A DNA stretch of 39,593 nt from Perkinsus olseni. Its lineage: Eukaryota. The translations under genes were made by a program, and so were the position numbers. The notes beneath the pieces were generated by a model that did not search any database, was not told the origin of the DNA, and saw nothing but the letters and a program-made list of their open reading frames with translations. Shown in pieces: positions 11,912 to 24,764 of the stretch. How positions within the stretch are numbered: position 1 is the first letter of the stretch; the number at the start of each line of letters is the position of its first letter. The stretch lies in contig JABANN010000321.1 of NCBI GenBank assembly GCA_013115125.1, forward strand, positions 1-39,593, given 5' to 3'.

Positions 11912-14015
11912 ATGACTCGTGGTGTGCCCCTTCGCTCCGCTGTTTTCGCTCGGCACTCGCCCGTCAACCAAGAAAGCTCGACGAAGAAGACCGGTTGTAT
12001 TCAGTACAGGGTGCCAGGGAGTGTTGAGGGACGTATCTTTTATCCTGCAGTATCGGAAGTTGATCAAGGAACGAAACAGACAACGTGGTTTGCGGATCTT
12101 GAACGATATGCGTAGGTTCAGCCGATCGTTGGCCACCAGTAGTCGTGACTTCCATTCTCGTTCGCCAAGTAATACTAGGGGGAGAGGCAGAGATTTTCAG
12201 TCGCTCCTTCCCGGTGCAGCAGGACTGTGAGAGCCGGTTGCTACGCTAGGGTGAGTTCGACTAGAGATTTTCATTAGTTCGTTAAACTTCTTGACTTGAA
12301 GCATGATGATCGAGGGTCCTCTGGAACAATCTAAATGGGCGACTCCTCAGTGTCGTTGTATCCGTTCAGGACTGGTCAGTTGGACGTCGGCCGAGCTTTG
12401 TTAAGAAGATCTCGAGTGATGCAGATGGTTGCTTCGATCTTGGGGTGGATGGTGAAGATAATAGCTCATGTCCTGCCGAGGTAACATCTTGCAATCTTGC
12501 ATTTCCTTAACGCTGGTTATGTCTTCAGTCGTTTGTTCGTACCAAAGCTGAGCTCGACTTATGATCGTATCGAACCGGTCGAGGAGGGGTCGCTGCCACT
12601 TGTGGTGTTCTCGCATGGACTGACTAGAAATGGCGATGAAAACGCTATGCTGTGCTCGGCACTGACTCGTAAGCATGTCGGGAAGCACCTGCCTCTCCAT
12701 CGGAAGGTATCCGGTTCGATCCTTCCGCGTGTGGTTTAGGTGAAATTGTCGGAGGTGCTATTGTGGCGGAAGTCCATCATCAGGATGGCTCAGCCTGCGA
12801 GGCGGTGGACGAGGACGGCCACAAAATACCGTATGCTCCGGTAGGAAGCTCTCATCCATGGCACCCAGGTTCGATCCCCGGTGGCTTGATTCTAGGATCC
12901 CATCGGAAGCCCGGACCCCAGAGATCTTCGGCCTAAACAAGTGCGCCAGCGGGCAAATGAGATGAAGTCGGTGATCGAGTAATACCACCCCTTTCGTAAT
13001 TCATGTATGTGAATATCTGACGGTTTCAGATACCTCTGTGCAATCGGGACCGGTGAGGAGAGGTCGGATCCCTTGCTGAATCGTGTGGCGAGGTTGATCG
13101 ACCCTCGTCGTATTATCCCTGTTGGTTACTCCTTTGGTGGTGCTACTGTGGCTGAATATTGTAATAAACGGGAGAATCCCCGAACCTCGAAATGCGAGCT
13201 TGATAATAATTCGGTTCTGTTTCATAGTCTATGAATCATGGAGCCATTGTCAGGCCATGGCACAGGATTCGAGCACTCAGCTGGGTATTCCCTCAGTGAC
13301 TTCACATTGGCGTTGAGTATCTTTCCGGTCCTGACTGCGCAGTTCTGTCTGTAGGCTCGACAGTTGGTCTGAAGAAAGTGGAGGATAAGTGTGTGCCGTG
13401 CGCGGTATTGATGGACCCTTGGACATACGTTACCCCTAGGGACGGCTCTCAAGGGTTCAGACTACCTGAGAGAGCCCATGATCGAGGTTGGATATGAGAC
13501 CATTCTTATGCGTTTTATGAGAGGCTGAGGTGTTGTCAGGAATCCAAGTGCCGACGCTGACTCTCAGTAGTGAGGAGTTTATCAATTCTCCTGATATGCA
13601 AGCGGCTACTGTCAACTTGCACAATAAGAGCTTGCAACCTGCGAGTTTCGGGGTACGATTTGGTGGAATTTTGGTATGTGCGAATGTGCGAGTATTCTAG
13701 GTAGTTGATAAGACAAGACATGGCAATTTCATGGAGCTTTGTTTTTGGATGCCGAAGTTCCTCGTGCCAGTCGCAGCTAGGATGGGATTTTACGATAAGA
13801 ACAACAAATCTGCGAGAGGTGAGCGGAAGGCTCATCATTCTTTAGCGGAGCGAAGTTTTTTATGGGTAGATACATACCGGAAAATCGTTGCAGCGGTTGC
13901 CAATTTCATTCATTTGCAGACCTCTTCGGATGCTCACGGTCCGCTGGCACCGCGAATGCGCGGGGGAATATCTAGTGAGAGCAAGATGAGGAAGAGAGGC
14001 AATTTGAAGGAGTGA
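11912..14015 (+). CDS. PAF-acetylhydrolase-like alpha/beta hydrolase, copy 2 (tandem paralog)
   Basis: Near-identical exons to copy 1 (FSHGLTRNG, GYSFGG, MDPW, RHGNF); introns partly diverged. Confidence 0.75.
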
Positions 14016-14264
14016 TTTTTTCCTCGTTCGGAACGAGTCGTTCCTTTGGAGGTTACACACGACCTGCTTGTAGTCGAAATCTTGTTTGATAGATTGGCGC
14101 TTAGTATTCCTGTAGATGGTGATTTACTGCATCCTATGGTTTCGCATTGGTGTAGTATCCCGTGGTTCGGTGGATAGTCGAGATGGTCGCGCCGCTGGGC
14201 TAGCTATCGGGAGGGCGTGGGCTCAATTCTATGTGCGGAGGTTTCTCAGTTTTCTCTTATCAAC

Positions 14265-15974
14265 ATGCCAGCCTCTTCGACGTATAGTGACGTTTCCACG
14301 GCCGATAGCATCGAGCCGAGCATCCCCGCCTCATCATCATCACCGCCCTCTACCTCGTCTTTAATAAATAAGTCAGGGGGAGATCTGAGCGTAGTGGATT
14401 TAATATGTGCTGATATGGACGGGACATTATTATCACCCGATCATAATATACCCGATATAACATTTAATAGGATTAATAAAGCTGATAATAATGGATGTAA
14501 CAACAACAAAACCATCATACCAACAATCCCCTGCATCAGGTCCGGTAGTACCCGCTACTGGGAGAAGTCGTGCCTCAGCTGTTCAATGTTTTGCACGCGG
14601 AGGCATTGACCTGTAATAATCGGGCGGGTCGTGAGTTCGATCCCCGCAGGGGGTGTTTTTCTGCAGTTATTCTCGGCCGGGTATTTATTTGAATGGAGCT
14701 ATCACCTACGACCATACAGGAGCAGTGGTAGCTGAAAAGATTCACTCTTACACAGATGTACCATCGGCGGGGCCTCTCCCTGAGCTTATTCGTATCCTGC
14801 ATGGTCGACTTGAAGATACGTTGAATGTGAATGTGCTTCTCAGATCGTCGAAGCCGTGAGAGTAGTGGAAGGCGTTGATGACGTCGTCGTATTGCTGTAT
14901 AATGGAGACAGAGTGCTAGCCCCTTGTAGCTCGGGGAGAATTGAGGAGATTTACGAATCGTAAAAAGTGTCGTGTGCGAGGATAGATCCGGGGACCTACC
15001 GATTCTGATGCAGACTGCATACGCCGTGCCCTGAGAACTGCGGTTCTTATGAGAAGATGCTCTCGAAGATCCACGATGAGGCCATACCCATCAACCTGGT
15101 AGAGCTGGGAGGACTGTGGCTGCCTGCACGAAGTGTCTGAGGGAAGCTCACCGATGAATCGACTTTATTTATTCGCGAATGACCCTTGAGTTTTTCCCAC
15201 CCGAATCGCTTCAGATTCACTTCATGTCGCTAGAAGGCCGGTTGCCAGAGGACATGCTGCGGAAGATCAGAACGTTTTCAGAGTAAGCTGTTATTCATGG
15301 GGCGCGGCGTTAGTCACTAGCACCAATTGCGACTGCAGTTAAGGAAGCCTGCACTGGCTTTTTGCTATGCTCTCTGCTATGGGCCGTGCTGTGAGGATGT
15401 ATAATGTATCGCGCTCCTTTGGCCGCGGAACCTCGGAACCGATCAGCCGCAGTATTCGTGTGCCGGAAGAATTCAATAGTAAAAATGACGGGAGCGAAAG
15501 GCTCTCGCCGCTGAAAGATGTACCCTCTGCAGATTGCCAAGAAGTATCCTTGTCTGAACAGGTCCAGCGGATGTACAGCAGCACAGTCTCTTTGGCGTTC
15601 CTGCGATGTGGTGCCCGCGGGGGTGAACAAAGGACTGGGAGTGAGAGTTCTGAAGGAAAATCAGGGATGTAAGCAGCGGGGATTGAACCTGGGTTGTTCG
15701 GTTGAAGGACTGAACCCGAAACTACGCCTGTTCAATCTCAGATGAACGGGTAGCATGTATCGGAGACGCATTAAATGACTTGGAGATGCTGCAGGAGGCT
15801 GATGTTCCAGTCGCTATGGGAAACGCCCTGCCCGAAATTAAGGTGACGGCGAGATCGATCGATATGTGGCGGATATGGTATTTTCAGAAAATTGCTTCTC
15901 TTGAAGTCAACCCGAATTCCAACTCGGAATTGCCGGGAGTGGCCGATTTAGTAGACCGCATCCTATCTAGTTAG
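14265..15974 (+). CDS. Cof-type HAD-IIB hydrolase, copy A (multi-exon)
   Basis: Motif I ADMDGTLL, motif II VPATGR, GIYLNGA, VNKG.G, motif IV CIGDALNDLEML..A...VAMGNA. Confidence 0.85.
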
Positions 15975-16796
15975 TGAAAGACTTAATCTTTCAAAGGATT
16001 ATTCCACCACCAGTCGTCAGTTTATCGTTCGTCAAGTTTATGTTGTCCAACCGGCCGAATGTCTGTGTTGCGTTGTTGAGTACGTTCCGCTGACCCTATC
16101 TTGGTCTGATGAGAAGCTACGCTTAAGCTAAGCTCAATCGCTGATGACATTGAGACAAGAGATCAAAGTTTGGATTCCAGATGGCAAAACTCGGGCGTTG
16201 GGTTCTCACTAAGACAGTATCTTCGCTATTCCTAGCTCAGCGAAGCCTGGAATAGCGAAGTTGATATAACGCAGTGAACGGAGTGAAGGATCGGAAAGTC
16301 GGAATCAATCCCCACCAACGCTGTGACGATTGTTCGTGAGGAGACAGCACTCGAGTGCTCGAAACTCATACGTCACGTAGATGCGTGCGCGGCCGTTGCG
16401 GTAGCTGACAACGGTTTTTTTCTGCTGGTGGGCTATTGCAGTCGCGGAGTTGAGGTCGTAGTCTGCAAGCTGAATGGAAGGCTCTTGCCAGAGCTCGCTG
16501 TCGCTTTCAGTGTGGCTCACACTGTGTGAGATTCCTCCCGCGCTGGGTATTTACTACCCGAAGCGTGCGGTCCTACCCGCCGTACGCAGGTCCTTGATGA
16601 ACTCGCGTCACCGATGAACGCAGCTCCACCTCATCACTGAGGCTTTGATGCTCGCGCTTGGTAAGCTCTATCTTAGATGCCTAGAGATCAACACGACGTT
16701 TAGCGTCGTCAGTCATAGATAGTCTACGGGGTGACTGATAATAATCTAATTGAGAATCATTGATGCCAATCGACGGGTTTTCACCCATTCTGGCAA

Positions 16797-18143
16797 ATGT
16801 CGGCAGTCCGGATCGTCTACATCCTATCCTTGTGTACCCTCGCCTCTTGTTTGTGGAAGGTCCGTGTGACCTCGACCTCTTCAGCAACTACTACCGTCTC
16901 GCCACCGACTACTACAGTATCGCCACCGGCTACTCACGCAGCCTTCTTACCGACTTCCCCACCTGCTGTGAAGCCCAGAACAGGTGTTCATCGTGGGTAT
17001 GTAGAGTTTTATAAGTTCGTCGAAGAAGCTTGGTATCGTAAGAAAAAACCCTTCACGAAATATGGTCGAGCTAGTATGGATTATACTTGGAGGACGTACA
17101 TTGACAATCACCTCAAGATGGGTATTAGGAACTTCGTGCTCGGCCACATTACTATCACAGAGAGCCGCATTGAATTCGGCGGCGGCACGAGAATGCACAG
17201 AGAATGGGACCAGACGAGTGCGTTCAAGTATCTGAGGCGAAACGTGATAGCCAAAGGAGGTCGGATACTGGTCGATATCAAATTCACGGACTTCCACCGC
17301 ACCGTATTTGATGAAAGCGTGTTCCTTGAGGAGGTTGCCGAGTTCGTGAAGGAATTTCCTGTTGATGGTTTTCGGATTCTTGCAAACTTGGAGTACAAAT
17401 ATCCCGGGATACGAGGTTACAAGAGTGAATAAGAGTATTTCGGTTCCGTGAAGGCGCTGCTCAAGACCATCAGGAAGTTGAATAAGATCCTAGCGATCTG
17501 GTAAGCCTGATGCTCGCGGAGATGGCGGTGGGACATCTGTGCTGTTTCTAGGTTCAAAGGTTCTAGCTGGGCTGAAATATTCAAACATGAACTAGGGAGC
17601 CTTGCGGATACTAATTTTTTATCTTTGGACATTCGAGGTGACACTGACATCGCCGTGTTCAACACCGATCGCTACGCCGTGCTTTTAAACGCCAGCTGGG
17701 CAGGCATGGCCCCCGACAAAATCATTCTCTCGGTGAGTTGTCTGCGACTTCTAGCAGCGATTACCATGTTTTCTCGACGAGAAATTCTCGTGCTGTTAGA
17801 TGTGTTGACCTCCATATTTGTTGTGCATAACACTGACAGTCTCCTGCCGTAGATACCCCTCGCCGCCTACGGTTCTATTCCTAGGTGGGGAAGCTACGGG
17901 TATCGTGCTATAGTACTAGACCATGGTGCAGACCCTGAGGGGGATGGTGTCGTCCCAGGCAACTCGGAACAGACGAACTTCTACTACTTTTTCTCTCAGA
18001 AGAGTGGCATCGATAAGATCCACCTGGCGAGAGATCGCGGCCTCCACGGTATATCCGTGGAGAGTGATCGGAGGCGTACATACGTCGATCTGAAACCGTG
18101 GTCTCCTCGTTCCCTCACCCACGCCCTAGCCAATAACGTCTAA
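16797..18143 (+). pseudogene. GH18 chitinase-like secreted protein, catalytically degenerate, with in-frame stop at 17430-17432
   Basis: Signal peptide, S/T/P-rich linker, GGRILVDI and FPVDGFRILANLEY (degenerate DxxDxDxE). The frame continues after TAA, and later exons end YYFFSQKSGIDKIHLARDRGLHGISV...DLKPWSPRSLTHALANNV*. Confidence 0.55.
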
Positions 18144-18514
18144 CGCAGTCGGGTTGAGTGATAAGGCCGGCTACTTGCCAACTGCGCCGTGGATTACCTT
18201 CATAATCAACGTAGTATGAGATTCTCCGACTTGGTAGCGTAATCGAGACCGATGAGCACGGTGTTGTCTGCCCGAGCAGTTTCCTGAGTTTTTTCGGGAG
18301 AACCACTCTCTCTTCCACTCGGTTTAGGTCAGATTTCTCTGGTTTCCCTTTGTATTGAGTTTTCATTTCAACGTGGGGATGAATCAGGGGAGGTTATGAA
18401 TCAGGTGATCTTTCTGATCGCGAAATAGGCATTTAAAAGGTGCAGTGGTCCCCTGTTGCAAACCATATTGCTCCGGGAAGGAGGTGCTCAGTTAACACTG
18501 TTCACGATGTGAGC

Positions 18515-18536
18515 GTGCGTAATACGCACTGCGTAT
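18515..18536. mobile_element. 22-bp scar, 8-mer GTGCGTAT
   Basis: gtgcgta atacgcac tgcgtat. Confidence 0.75.
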
Positions 18537-18614
18537 GCCTCCGACCTCCAGCGAGATGAAAGAACGTCCAACGTCCCCGCGACTCTCTGGTACACTGCCC
18601 CAAAACAAAGGATG

Positions 18615-18636
18615 ATCAGGAGTCCTGATTCAGGAC
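18615..18636. mobile_element. 22-bp scar, 8-mer ATCAGGAC
   Basis: atcagga gtcctgat tcaggac. Confidence 0.75.
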
Positions 18637-20751
18637 TCTACCTAGTCAGGGCGAGCGCAGAATACTTCCATAGAGAGTGATTCTCATCATTGATGGAAGA
18701 CTCCCATTGGCTAAAATCGAAAGTTACCCATTGGGTAACTTACCCAGGGTAAGTTCTCCAGGGGAACTCACGGGAATTTTAGCCCTTTCCAGCGAAATTT
18801 TTAAGAAGTCTCCGTGAAGAAGACCGTTTTTCGAGCTCTTTTTTGCGTTTCTTCACTAACAGCAGACTTCAAGACGCGATTTGTCAAGACGTCGTCCGAG
18901 AGCTTCCAGTTCATAGTTATCCAGGACTCTCGGCCCGCAACCGAGCCTCTTTTATGATACCAGATGGTATTGGTGCTGGGTACGGCTGCGCAGTGCTCGC
19001 AGCTGGTGCTCAAGAGTCGCGGCAGCAACTTCCACTGCAATCAGGCAGCAGCTGTACGAGAAGGCGATGAGTGTGGCCCGCGGGGATCTCATGTACTCGG
19101 CCACCATGTACCCCGCGGCTTGCACGATCCTCGTAGGCTCGTTAACCCCGGGACCTGGGACCCAGGTTGGTAATTCCACAACTCCGATGAAAGTGGTAGC
19201 AAATTGCTACTAGCAATTGCAGGGATTCGGGATCATGGGCAACGTCGCGATGGTGACCTACTCCTCGAGTTTTGAGGCTCGAGTGCCGCTGTTCCTGTGT
19301 TGCCTTGCCACGGCGGTCCTGTTTGTACCGGTTCACAAATTGTGAATAACAATGGTAAAAAGCAAATGCCACCACTTGGTCTACCTGGGACGCATACGTG
19401 GCGGCGATGACGAAGAATCATGGTCCTGATGTCAAGCAAGGCTGCAGAGGAGACGAGGGCGAGGATCCATGGGCCCAGACTTGAAGCTACCTGACAATGC
19501 AAGATAATATCTCGGAGATATGGAGCGGTATCTCGGCCTCATCATCGTAAACGCACTAAGAAGACTCGAAACTTGCAAGTCCAAGGCAATGTCCAGAGAC
19601 GAATTGAAGGATATGAAGACCTTCTCTTGGTCGGCTCACCAGCAACCGTCGAAGAGTGAGAAGGAGCGACAACCACCTGCGAAGCATATTCCGCGTAGAC
19701 TGGAGTCCAGTCTACACGTGCACTCGGTGTTTCCGTAGCTACCTCTTCCATCCGCAACCAATGTACAATAAGTCCAATAATGATTATTGGACAATCAATC
19801 AATAAGGCACGCGTATTATCTGCTGCGGGCCACAGCCTACGGCGGTGCCGGGTCACAGTTTGCGACCCCTTGTGCCTGCAACATCGGCGTACGAATCGTA
19901 CGGTAGGGTAGGCGTCTTAAGTCGTCTTAAGTCATTACTTGAGTGAATTGCGCCTATCTTACATGCCCTTTGTCGGTTCTCCCGGGTTCGATCCTGAGCT
20001 TGGACATTTTCCGGTATTTTTCGAATCCGCCCTCTCTGAGTTAAGCATCCTACGTGTATCACGCACCGATGAGAAGGCGGCCTGCTGCAGGCCGTAGGCC
20101 CCTCGTGTTTCATCACCGATTATTATTGTATAGAGCCTACACGGTAATAATGAGTAACAATCTCTTGTCTGAGATTCAGGCCACTAAACTTGCAATTCGA
20201 GTGTAATTTTCTTGTCATTTTTGGAGGCGTTTGAAGATCGTTCAGTTGAGAATCGTGAAGATTGAGAAGTTGCTGAGCGTGTGGAGATTCTCCACTGGAG
20301 AAACTAGCTGTTGTGTTGGCCTAACACTGTTGGTAGAGTGCCCTTTCCGAAGGGTTGATTTCAAGGCGACGTATACTTCCCGGAAATCTCTCGTGGAAAG
20401 ATTCGACAGAGCGAATCCTTCTGTCTCGTTTTGGCAGGGTTCGTAAGTTTTCGGGAAAGTATTTCCTTGCGGAATACAAGATTTTGGGAATTACCCGTTT
20501 GTAAGGTTTGGATAGGCTGCTCGATATGGTTACTGATCGCCGTCATGCCTTCAAGAGGGGCATTCCTTCGATGTAGTAACAGCTTTCCCCGGCAGTGAAC
20601 TTCTCTGCCTTTGGTGTAGCGTTCGGGGACACTGTGATACTCCATAGGTACTACGGTGATATTAGTGGTATACTATCCGATCTCAGCTATACCGGTGGTC
20701 GGACGATTCGTTCGCTATTGGGTGCTTCTGCTGACGGCATGCTCCCTTCAG

Positions 20752-22435
20752 GTTCTTGACGCAGTGTCCTGTCCCTCTTGAGAGATGACAAGTCAGCCGT
20801 TTTACTGTGCTACAGTGGGGATCGTGTATTAGCCCCCTACAGGGATAATAGGGTTATTGTTGAAGTCTTCCAGAAGTAAGTGATGCTTGATGCTATTTGG
20901 CTCCCTTTGTGCTGAGAGACGTGGCCATGTGCAGCAGCACATAGCAGAAGGAAAGCTTCCGTTGAGGACATCTGCTGTACTGAGTCGCTGCAAAATCCGC
21001 TCCGATCGCTCTCCGGCGATCTAAGCTTCGCTCAACCCTGTGCGTGTTGCTGCAGATGATGATTCACGGATATTCGTATCTGCGTCATTCGTTAGCGGAC
21101 TACTTCCAATGAATTGAAGTTACTCACTGCGAAAAAGTGTGATCTTGTAGAAGTCTGATTTTGCAGCACTCCCTCCTGGGATGATGGTGATCGTTGAGAA
21201 CATGCCGTTCGTCAGTGCGGTACATCGGCCATCTGACCATGCTCCGATCTGCTGTGTCGGAGGAATTGGTTGCTAGCTCCAGTCACAATCGATTGGTATT
21301 CAGACCGCATGGGAGTCCTCCTTGCTTTGTTGTTTTGGTGGGGTAAATAATTTTCGTGCTTTGGAAAGTTCGACTCGGTCGTTATTAAATAAAACTTGAA
21401 GAATTAATTAATTGAAAAAATATCGAGTGTTGCTCATTTTGTGAATTCCCTAGTAGTATGGTACGATTTTTACTGAGATCTTGTCTTTGCCGTGGGTCAA
21501 TTTTAGATTGTCATATACTGTTATCCCGAGGCATGATTTACCTTGCCTTTTTCTGCTAGGTTTGGCGATCCGATGCCGGAAGATTGCGGCACGTACGAGG
21601 GTATGTTGGAGAAAATAAGCGCGGAGATGTTGCCGGTTCATGTGGTAAGCGACTGTAGCTCATCCGCTGGCTGGATGTGGGTACCTTTTTAGATGCACGT
21701 GATGTCGTTTGAGGATCCTATCGCTGCTAGTATGTGCAAGAAATTGGACGATTTTGCAAAGTAGGGTGGTGGGGATGAACCGGGGACCTTTCGATGGAGA
21801 ACATGTTACTGGCCCAATTGATCAGAAGCAAGGGTTGTGTGGCTGCCCAGTCTGTTTCGATGGCGGTGGATATTGTGCCGCAGGGGGTTAGCAAGGGATA
21901 TGGCGTTAAAGTACTGAAGGAAAAACTAGGATGTAATATTACAGGGTATCTTAGGTTGAAGCGCGTCAGATACATTTCAGCTCGGGATAGCAGCATAGTG
22001 GCCTCTGTCAGATAAGTGTGTAGCTTGCATCGGGGATGCTATGAACGACTACGGCATGCTGCTGGAAGCAGACGTGCCTGTTGCCATGGGGAACGCTCTC
22101 CCTCAACTTAAGGTAATATACAGCCGGGTCGAGTCGACTTTTTATTAATGAGTAGTAGCGGGAATTTTCATACGATATACTGCCGCTTCTCACGCACCGT
22201 GGAAGGTCTCATCATTATTCCTAGAACAGTGAAAATACATTCTACTGCTAGTTCTGGTGGGTGTGACTCGTGACCTGATGATCACAGCTCGTTGTTGATG
22301 TTGATGGGTTTTATAATAAAACTTTTATTGTTTCAGTCCGTCGCCTCCTTTGAGGTCAATACCAACGCAGACACAAATTTGCCGGGCGTTGCTGATCTGA
22401 TTGATCGGGTCTGTGCCGCTAGGAAGAGTGTGTGA
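20752..22435 (+). pseudogene. Cof-type HAD-IIB hydrolase, copy B (no motif I found, frameshift in first recognisable exon)
   Basis: Exons CYSGDRVLAP, PEDCGTYEGMLEKI, VSKGYG, CIGDAMNDYGML..VAMGNA, LPGVADLIDRV. A tgtcc duplication gives a stop near 20780, and no DxDGT was seen upstream. Confidence 0.6.
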
Positions 22436-22556
22436 AGGGGGATGTCTTTTTTAGTGTTTAGTTTTTCCTCGTTTTTCGGGACCCAGATGGACGTGTTGAG
22501 TTGGAGGGGAGGTGGACGGTTTTTCATCAGTAAATTGTTTTTATTCACATATCTTA

Positions 22557-22642
22557 ATGGCTGGCCAGGCTGAGAAGAAGAACAAGGCGAGGGCTGAGCA
22601 ATTGACGGAGGTAGTAATCGGAAGGTCCCGGGTTCGAATCCT
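22557..22642 (+). pseudogene. Truncated duplicate of TMEM208-like exon 1 and start of intron 1
   Basis: MAGQAEKKNKARAEQLTE nearly identical to 27938 onward; similarity stops at GGTTCGAATCC. Confidence 0.8.
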
Positions 22643-23022
22643 ACTATTCGATCACAGCTTGCCCTTCATAGCATTCCAGTCATGCCGTGCATCCCCGCCG
22701 GAAAGAAAACTGATCACTCAATAGATTCTATCTGTCATGGCGGTGATTGAAAATCGAAAACAATTACAGTGTTTCGAGGATAAGAATGTCGTGAGTATCA
22801 TACTTAGAGTATGACTCACAGTGAGTCGCTCACTCTTGGTGAGCCACTGCTCGAGCGAGTCGACTCGACTCACCGAGTTTATACATCAAACCGTACATCA
22901 TGTACTTTGCATGGTACATCTAGTCGCGTCTCTTTCGAGTCATGAACGGCGGGGCCAAAAAGACTTGCGTTGTGGGCTAAAAAAGTATTTTTGGGAGACA
23001 TTCTCCCGGAGAATCGCTATAG

Positions 23023-23044
23023 CTCAGCATTGCTGAGTCAGCAA
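23023..23044. mobile_element. 22-bp scar, 8-mer CTCAGCAA
   Basis: ctcagca ttgctgag tcagcaa. Confidence 0.75.
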
Positions 23045-23263
23045 TAGAGTAGAGTGCGGATGTGAATTTCGTAGGTCCCTGTTTGACATGTTATTCAATA
23101 ACACGTGCTCCCACTCCAATAGCTATTGCTGAGCTGTAGCTTTTTTGACGCACTCCTCAAAATTCCTGACTAGCTGCTCGCGCGCCACGAGCGCGAAGTT
23201 CGCGCTCGGGATTCGCGCCGCGAATTCCGATCGCCCATTATTGCGGCATGAACCGGTTGCGGC

Positions 23264-23285
23264 CCATCGGGCCGATGGCATCGGC
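23264..23285. mobile_element. 22-bp scar, 8-mer CCATCGGC
   Basis: ccatcgg gccgatgg catcggc. Confidence 0.75.
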
Positions 23286-23572
23286 TGGAATGGATGAGAT
23301 AAGAAGCTTCGAGTCGCACCCACTCGTTATATCCATCACAGCCAGCCAGTGCCGGTGCTTCTACTAACACTAGCTCGAAGCTACGAGAAGTTACAACGAT
23401 CCGCGAGACAACCGAATCCGAAACAAGCCACCGAATCACTAGTCTCAATACCAACCGATCAGTAGTAGAAGTCAATCCTTGCATCGCAATCGGAAGTCAT
23501 AAGCAAGAGTAGCCCAGGTCCTCAGAGCAGTGACTCAAATGATTAGTAATCACCTCAGATAGCCGCTAGTAC

Positions 23573-23594
23573 TAAGCCTTAGGCTTAAAGCCTA
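23573..23594. mobile_element. 22-bp scar, 8-mer TAAGCCTA
   Basis: taagcct taggctta aagccta. Confidence 0.75.
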
Positions 23595-23699
23595 TTGCAG
23601 ACAATGATTAGTCGATCGTAGCAATACTAGTAGTTCGCTCCCCTTTTGAGCCAACCAACGTCGATCCGACGATCCAACACATCCGACGATCCAACTCCC

Positions 23700-23721
23700 T
23701 AGGCGACTCGCCTAAGGCGAG
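23700..23721. mobile_element. 22-bp scar, 8-mer TAGGCGAG
   Basis: taggcga ctcgccta aggcgag. Confidence 0.75.
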
Positions 23722-24764
23722 TGGTTCAACTGGACCGTTTCAGAAATCAAGTCGTTTCAACTAGTCCGAGGTTTGCGCCCAGTCTGGGCGCACGCGACTT
23801 CCCTCTACCTGTTTGTGCTCGTAGAAAGCCAACTTCAGTAACTCAATTGCAGATTAACACTGTGAGGGAACGGTTTCCGATACAGGTTGAAGAACACTGA
23901 TGCCCTCAGCAGCGACGAACCACGATATCAGTAAAAGGAATCATGCGAACAACGGTGCACGGAGCACTACAATCGAGTACGCAATCGGCAGGAATTGGGG
24001 CCAGCAACTCTCCAAACTGCACGAACCCTAATGAGGAAACACTACCTTTGGAAAGTCGCTCTGTGTCGAGGCCTTCGACTCGAAGGACAGGTATGGGCGA
24101 GGCGATCGATTCGTCGGCATCTTTCGAAAGCCTTCCTTCTCATACGATTGTCGACCGTGGCTAATTCGGCCCGGACTGTTCGGGCCTGTATGATAATCGC
24201 AGCGAAGTGTAAAAAGTCTTTCTTTTCGTCGCTCCACTTGCAAACATGACTGAGTCCAATCGAGCCCGTGTCTCCCGAGTGATGCGCATGCAGTCTCCAT
24301 TGGGGTTGCATCCTCTGACCAAGAGACTAGGGAATCGCAAACCAATAGGGAGTGTAGATGACCTTGATGAGAAGCCTGTCAAGCCGCAGCACGACGTAAA
24401 GTGGTGATGAACAGCAACAGAGAATCCTTGTAGTACTTGGCGACAGCCGTGGACGACAGGGGAGCCATTATAGGTAAGACGACGGGGATCATTGGGGACG
24501 GAGTGGTTCACCAAGACTATTGCTGATAGCCTGCCACTCGCCGACAGAATTTGACCTTCAAATTTTGAAGGGACGTCCACACTTCCAAATGGCCTCTGAT
24601 AAATTCTACGCGTCCTCAGCTGTTGTCATTGGACCGGCTGGGGATATTATTTTCGCGAGTGACTCGTGGAGACAGCTCCTCCCTCGCATGCTCCTGCGTG
24701 CGAGCGCTTATCGTATACTTCTGCCTCACTTATCAACTCTACCGGTGGTAACATTCTTCACGTC

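Noticed and set aside
14498-14539. Poly-Asn tract in the HAD proteins suggested by the ORF track
   Set aside because: The AAC run lies inside a GT-AG intron; splicing gives NNGCPVVPATGR
18800-19750. Hydrophobic fragments suggesting a decayed transporter gene
   Set aside because: Multiple stops and frameshifts and no family motif; cannot be supported
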